The notes under the pieces were generated by a model. The model was not told where the DNA came from. It did not search any database and saw nothing but the letters and a program-made list of their open reading frames with translations. 64,000 bases of DNA from Eledone cirrhosa. Lineage: Eukaryota. A program made the translations under genes and the position numbers. Location: the NCBI GenBank assembly GCA_964016885.1, contig OZ024743.1, forward strand, positions 98,828,001 to 98,892,000, in the 5' to 3' direction. Of this stretch, positions 57,501 to 64,000 are shown piece by piece; position 1 is the first letter of the stretch; each line of letters begins with the position of its first letter.

Positions 57501-60500
57501 CCCCCCTCTTTACAGCATACATCAACTAACTTCTGCTCTACAATCTCTCCTGTTTACAGCATACATCAACTACCTTCTTCTCTACAATCTCTCCTCTTTA
57601 CAACATACATCAACTACCTGCTGCTCTACAATCCCCCCTCTTTACATCATACATCATCTACCTTCTGCTCTACAATCTCTCCTGTTTACAGCATACATCA
57701 ACTACCTTCTGCTCTACAATCTCTCCTGTTTACAGCATACATCAACTAACTTCTGCTCTACAATCTCTCCTCTTTACAGCATACATCAACTACCTACTGC
57801 TCTACAATCTCTCCTGTTTACAGCATACATCAACTACCTACTGCTCTACAATCTCTCCTGTTTACAGCATACATCAACAATCTTCTGCTCTACAATCTCT
57901 CCTGTTTACAGCATACATCAACTACCTTCTGCTCTACAATCTCGCCTCTTTACAGCATACATCAACTACCTTCTGCTCTACAATCTCTCCTCTTTAGAGC
58001 ATACATCAACTACCTACTGCTCTACAATCTCTCCTGTTTACAGCATACATCAACTATCTTTTGCTCTACAATCTCTCCTGTTTACAACATACATAAACTA
58101 CCTTCTGCTGTACAATCTCTCCTCTTTACAGCATACATCAACTACCTTCTGCTCTACAATCTCTCCTCTTTACAGCATACATCAACTACCTTCTGCTCTA
58201 CAATCTCTCCTGTTTACAGCATACATCAACTACCTTCTGCTCTACAATCTCTCCTCTTTACAACATACATCAACTACCTGCTGCTCTACAATCCCCCCTC
58301 TTTACAGCATACATCAACTAACTTCTGCTCTACAATCTCTCCTGTTTACAGCATACATCAACTACCTTCTCCTCTACAATCTCTCCTCTTTACAACATAC
58401 ATCAACTACCTGCTGCTCTACGATCCCCCCTCTTTACATCATACATCATCTACCTTCTGCTCTACAATCTCTCCTGTTTACAGCATACATCAACTACCTT
58501 CTGCTCTACAATCTCTCCTGTTTACAGCATACATCAACTAACTTCTGCTCTACAATCTCTCCTCTTTACAGCATACATCAACTACCTACTGCTCTACAAT
58601 CTCTCCTGTTTACAGCATACATCAACTATCTTCTGCTCTACAATCTCTCCTCTTTACAGCATACATCAACTACCTACTGCTCTACAATCTCTCCTGTTTA
58701 CAGCATACATCACCTACCTCCTGCTCTACAATCTCTCCTGTTTACAACATACATCAACTACCTTCTGCTCTACAATCTCTCCTGTTTAAAGCATACATCA
58801 ACTACCTTCTGCTCTACAATCTCTCCTGTTTACAGCATACATCAACTCCCTTCTGCTCTACAATCTCTCCTGTTTACAGCATACATCAACTCCCTTCTGC
58901 TCTACAATCTCTCATCTTTACAGCATACATCAACTACCTTCTGCTCTACAATCTTTCCTATTTACAGCATACATCAACTACCTTCTGCTCTACAATCTCT
59001 CCTGTTTACATCATACATCAACTACCTTCTGCTCTACAATCTCTCCTGTTTACAGCATACACCAACTATCTTCTGTTCTACAATCTCTCCTGTTTACAGC
59101 ATACATCAACTACCTTCTGCACTACAATCTCTCCTGTTTACAGCATACACCAACTATCTTCTGCTCTACAATCTCCCCTGTTTACAGCATACATCAACTT
59201 CCTTCTGCTCTACAATCTCTCCGGTTTACAACATACACCAACTATCTTCTGCTCTACAACCTCTCCTGTTTACAACATACATCAACTACCTGCTGCTCTA
59301 CGATCCCCCCTCTTTACATCATACATCATCTACCTTCTGCTCTACAATCTCTCCTGTTTACAGCATACATCAACTACCTTCTGCTCTACAATCTCTCCTG
59401 TTTACAGCATACATCAACTAACTTCTGCTCTACAATCTCTCCTCTTTACAGCATACATCAACTACCTACTGCTCTACAATCTCTCCTGTTTACAGCATAC
59501 ATCAACTATCTTCTGCTCTACAATCTCTCCTCTTTACAGCATACATCAACTACCTACTGCTCTACAATCTCTCCTGTTTACAGCATACATCAACTACCTC
59601 CTGCTCTACAATCTCTCCTGTTTACAACATACATCAACTACCTTCTGCTCTACAATCTCTCCTGTTTAAAGCATACATCAACTACCTTCTGCTCTACAAT
59701 CTCTCCTGTTTACAGCATACATCAACTCCCTTCTGCTCTACAATCTCTCCTGTTTACAGCATACATCAACTCCCTTCTGCTCTACAATCTCTCATCTTTA
59801 CAGCATACATCAACTACCTTCTGCTCTACAATCTTTCCTATTTACAGCATACATCAACTACCTTCTGCTCTACAATCTCTCCTGTTTACATCATACATCA
59901 ACTACCTTCTGCTCTACAATCTCTCCTGTTTACAGCATACACCAACTATCTTCTGTTCTACAATCTCTCCTGTTTACAGCATACATCAACTACCTTCTGC
60001 TCTACAATCTCTCCTGTTTACAGCATACATCAACTAACTTCTGCTCTACAATCTCTCCTCTTTACAGCATACATCAACTACCTACTGCTCTACAATCTCT
60101 CCTGTTTACAGCATACATCAACTATCTTCTGCTCTACAATCTCTCCTCTTTACAGCATACATCAACTACCTACTGCTCTACAATCTCTCCTGTTTACAGC
60201 ATACATGAACAATCTTCTGCTCTACAATCTCTCCTGTTTACAGCATACATCAACTACCTTCTGCTCTACAATCTCGCCTCTTTACAGCATACATCAACTA
60301 CCTTCTGCTCTACAATCTCTCCTCTTTACAGCATACATCAACTACCTACTGCTCTACAATCTCTCCTGTTTACAGCATACATCAACTATCTTCTGCTCTA
60401 CAATCTCTCCTGTTTACAACATACATAAACTACCTTCTGCTGTACAATCTCTCCTCTTTACAGCATACATCAACTACCTTCTGCTCTACAATCTCTCCTC

Positions 60501-62300
60501 TTTACAGCATACATCAACTACCTTCTGCTCTACAATCTCTCCTGTTTACCGCATACATCAACTACCTTCTGCTCTACAATCTCTCCTCTTTACAACATAC
60601 ATCAACTACCTGCTGCTCTACAATCCCCCCTCTTTACAGCATACATCAACTAACTTCTGCTCTACAATCTCTCCTGTTTACAGCATACATCAACTACCTT
60701 CTTCTCTACAATCTCTCCTCTTTACAACATACATCAACTACCTGCTGCTCTACAATCCCCCCTCTTTACATCATACATCATCTACCTTCTGCTCTACAAT
60801 CTCTCCTGTTTACAGCATACATCAACTACCTTCTGCTCTACAATCTCTCCTGTTTACAGCATACATCAACTAACTTCTGCTCTACAATCTCTCCTCTTTA
60901 CAGCATACATCAACTACCTACTGCTCTACAATCTCTCCTGTTTACAGCATACATCAACTACCTACTGCTCTACAATCTCTCCTGTTTACAGCATACATCA
61001 ACAATCTTCTGCTCTACAATCTCTCCTGTTTACAGCATACATCAACTACCTTCTGCTCTACAATCTCGCCTCTTTACAGCATACATCAACTACCTTCTGC
61101 TCTACAATCTCTCCTCTTTAGAGCATACATCAACTACCTACTGCTCTACAATCTCTCCTGTTTACAGCATACATCAACTATCTTCTGCTCTACAATCTCT
61201 CCTGTTTACAACATACATAAACTACCTTCTGCTGTACAATCTCTCCTCTTTACAGCATACATCAACTACCTTCTGCTCTACAATCTCTCCTCTTTACAGC
61301 ATACATCAACTACCTTCTGCTCTACAATCTCTCCTGTTTACAGCATACATCAACTACCTTCTGCTCTACAATCTCTCCTCTTTACAACATACATCAACTA
61401 CCTGCTGCTCTACAATCCCCCCTCTTTACAGCATACATCAACTAACTTCTGCTCTACAATCTCTCCTGTTTACAGCATACATCAACTACCTTCTTCTCTA
61501 CAATCTCTCCTCTTTACAACATACATCAACTACCTGCTGCTCTACGATCCCCCCTCTTTACAGCATACATCAACTACCTACTGCTCTACAATCTCTCCTG
61601 TTTACAGCATACATCAACTATCTTCTGCTCTACAATCTCTCCTCTTTACAGCATACATCAACTACCTACTGCTCTACAATCTCTCCTGTTTACAGCATAC
61701 ATCAACTACCTCCTGCTCTACAATCTCTCCTGTTTACAACATACATCAACTACCTTCTGCTCTACAATCTCTCCTGTTTAAAGCATACATCAACTACCTT
61801 CTGCTCTACAATCTCTCCTGTTTACAGCATACATCAACTCCCTTCTGCTCTACAATCTCTCCTGTTTACAGCATACATCAACTCCCTTCTGCTCTACAAT
61901 CTCTCATCTTTACAGCATACATCAACTACCTTCTGCTCTACAATCTTTCCTATTTACAGCATACATCAACTACCTTCTGCTCTACAATCTCTCCTGTTTA
62001 CATCATACATCAACTACCTTCTGCTCTACAATCTCTCCTGTTTACAGCATACACCAACTATCTTCTGTTCTACAATCTCTCCTGTTTACAGCATACATCA
62101 ACTACCTTCTGCACTACAATCTCTCCTGTTTACAGCATACACCAACTATCTTCTGCTCTACAATCTCCCCTGTTTACAGCATACATCAACTTCCTTCTGC
62201 TCTACAATCTCTCCGGTTTACAACATACACCAACTATCTTCTGCTCTACAACCTCTCCTGTTTACAACATACATCAACTACCTTCTGGTCTACAATCTTT
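54600..62300. repeat. Three copies of an approximately 51-monomer (2,244 bp) unit; the second interval is lengthened to 71 monomers by about 20 additional monomers
   Basis: catgaacaat ATG at 54837, 57081 and 60205 (offsets 2,244 and 3,124), with the same spacing for tttaccgc and tttagagc. tttaaagc occurs at about 56541, 58785, 59665 and 61777, with 880 bp = 20x44 between the second and third. Confidence 0.9.
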
Positions 62301-63313
62301 CCTGTTTACAGCATACATCAACTACCTTCTGCTCTACAATCTCTCCTGTTTACAACATACATCAACTACCTGCTGCTCTACAATCCCCCCTCTTTACATC
62401 ATACATCATCTACCTTCTGCTCTACAATCTCTCCTGTTTACAGCATACATCAACTACCTTCTGCTCTACAATCTCTCCTGTTTACAGCATACATCAACTA
62501 ACTTCTGCTCTACAATCTCTCCTCTTTACAGCATACATCAACTACCTACTGCTCTACAATCTCTCCTGTTTACAGCATACATCAACTATCTTCTGCTCTA
62601 CAATCTCTCCTCTTTACAGCATACATCAACTACCTACTGCTCTACAATCTCTCCTGTTTACAGCATACATCAACTACCTCCTGCTCTACAATCTCTCCTG
62701 TTTACAACATACATCAACTACCTTCTGCTCTACAATCTCTCCTGTTTACAGCATACATCAACTACCTTCAGCTCTACAATCTCTCCTGTTTACAGCATAC
62801 ATCAACTCCCTTCTGCTCTACAATCTCTCCTGTTTACAGCATACATCAACTCCCTTCTGCTCTACAATCTCTCCTCTTTACAGCATACATCAACTACCTT
62901 CTGCTCTACAATCTTTCCTATTTACAGCATACATCAACTACCTTCTGCTCTACAATCTCTCCTGTTTACATAATACATCAACTACCTTCTGCTCTACAAT
63001 CTCTCCTGTTTACAGCATACACCAACTATCTTCTGTTCTACAATCTCTCCTGTTTACAGCATACATCAACTACCTTCTGCTCTACAATCTCTCCTGTTTA
63101 CAGCATACACCAACTATCTTCTGCTCTACAATCTCCCCTGTTTACAGCATACATCAACTTCCTTCTGCTCTACAATCTCTCCGGTTTACAACATACACCA
63201 ACTATCTTCTGCTCTACAACCTCTCCTGTTTACAACATACATCAACTACCTTCTGCTCTACAATCTTTCCTGTTTACAGCATACATCAACTACCTTCTGC
63301 TCTACAATCTCTC

Positions 63314-63340
63314 TGGTTTACAACATACACCAACTATCTC
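63314..63340. other. Truncated 27-bp monomer (17-bp internal deletion)
   Basis: caactatct is joined directly to cctgtttac, so tctgctctacaatctct is missing. The phase shift of 17 is consistent with downstream lines. Confidence 0.9.
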
Positions 63341-64000
63341 CTGTTTACAACATACATCAACTACCTTCTGCTCTACAATCTTTCCTGTTTACAGCATACA
63401 TCAACTACCTGCTGCTCTACAATCCCCCCTCTTTACAGCATACATCAACTACCTTCTGCTCTACAATCTCTGCTGTTTACAGCATACATCAACTACCTTC
63501 TGCTCTACAATCTCCCCTGTTTACAGCATACATCAACTACCTTCTGCTCTACAATCTCACCTGTTTACAGCATACATCAACTACCTTCTGCTCTACAATC
63601 TCTCCTCTTTACAGCATACATCAACTACCTACTGCTCTACAATCTCTCCTGTTTACAGCATACATCAACTATCTTCTGCTCTACAATCTCTCTTCTTTAC
63701 AGCATACATCAACTACCTACTGCTCTACAATCTCTCCTGTTTACAGCATACATCAACTATCTTCTGCTCTACAATCTCTCCTGTTTACAGCATACATCAA
63801 CTACCTTCTGCTCTACAATCTCTCCTCTTTACAGCATACATCAACTACCTTCTGCTCTACAATCTCTCCTGTTTACAGCATACATCAACTAACTTCTGCT
63901 CTACAATCTCTCCTCTTTACAGCATACATCAACTACCTACTGCTCTACAATCTCTCCTGTTTACAGCATACATCAACAATCTTCTGCTCTACAATCTCTC

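Larger units (their letters stand above)
38820..60873 (+). other. Repeat-derived, probably non-coding long ORFs (all nine ORFs in the supplied track)
   Basis: All translate the same 44-aa cycle (3 monomers = 132 nt) and several overlap in different frames. Each starts at a variant-created ATG (catgcat, ctcatgt, catgaac) and ends at a variant-created TAA. None has a non-repeat domain. Confidence 0.85.
1..64000. repeat. Tandem satellite array, 44-bp monomer, about 1,455 copies, single orientation, running off both ends of the window
   Basis: The monomer ctgtttacagcatacatcaactaccttctgctctacaatctctc (44 nt) recurs throughout. Lines every 660 bp (15 monomers) start in the same phase from 1 to 47521. 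Four indels totalling 20 bp account for the phase at the end. Most monomers differ from consensus by 0-3 substitutions. Confidence 0.99.

Noticed and set aside
38820-60873. Long ORFs (up to 2,230 aa) as real genes
   Set aside because: The unit length is not a multiple of 3, overlapping frames give the same peptide, starts and stops come from sporadic variants, and there is no unique domain. Equally open sequence in 1-38 kb lacks called ORFs only because it has no ATG.
1-64000. CRISPR array or other repeat-spacer system
   Set aside because: There are no unique spacers, monomers abut directly and differ only by point variants, and no leader or cas genes are present.
1-64000. Telomeric repeat or G-quadruplex array
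   Set aside because: The strand skew is telomere-like, but the - strand consensus has no GGG runs, the 44-bp unit is longer than known telomerase-made repeats, and inherited multi-kb variant patterns indicate recombinational copying. A subtelomeric location cannot be excluded.
1-64000. tRNA, rRNA, structured ncRNA, or ribozyme-containing satellite
   Set aside because: With 2-3 G per monomer only a 4-bp dyad is possible, and I see no hammerhead cores (CTGA-GA plus GAAA) or Pol III A/B boxes in the consensus.
1-64000. Rolling-circle or sequencing concatemer artefact of one 44-mer
   Set aside because: Variants recur in ordered, nested, lineage-specific blocks with almost no indels, which random error would not produce. 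Individual large duplications could still be mis-assembled.
1-64000. tttacag / ctctttacag as repeated 3' splice acceptors, with ctaac variants as branch points
   Set aside because: A pyrimidine tract plus CAG is expected from the composition, and no donor sites, exons or gene context are visible.
1-64000. Window begins and ends exactly on the same monomer phase
   Set aside because: This is a coincidence: 64,000 plus 20 deleted bases equals 1,455 x 44, and the monomer start was defined from base 1.

Overview
The whole 64-kb window is one head-to-tail tandem array (satellite DNA) of a 44-bp monomer, consensus CT[G/C]TTTACAGCATACATCAACTACCT[T/A]CTGCTCTACAATCTCTC. The consensus is about 41% GC, has only 2-3 G per monomer on the + strand and has no CpG. 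Phase counting gives 1,455 monomers (44 x 1455 = 64,020, minus three 1-bp deletions and one 17-bp deletion). I see no unique sequence, inversion, transposon insertion, RNA gene or credible protein-coding gene, and neither array edge lies in the window. The long ORFs follow from the repeat itself: the + strand consensus has no stop triplet, 44 is not a multiple of 3, and the ATGs come only from rare point variants. The informative structure is in rare variants. They show nested duplications of 10, 20, 32, 38, 42/52, 51/71, 67-77, 144, 148/152 and 234-241 monomers, a mappable recombination junction near 18.6 kb, and a change of variant repertoire at about 50-53 kb. The main G/C polymorphism creates or destroys a canonical forkhead core, TGTTTAC. 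A eukaryotic origin is likely but is an inference, and I cannot name the organism or satellite family. I found no support for a new gene-based system.
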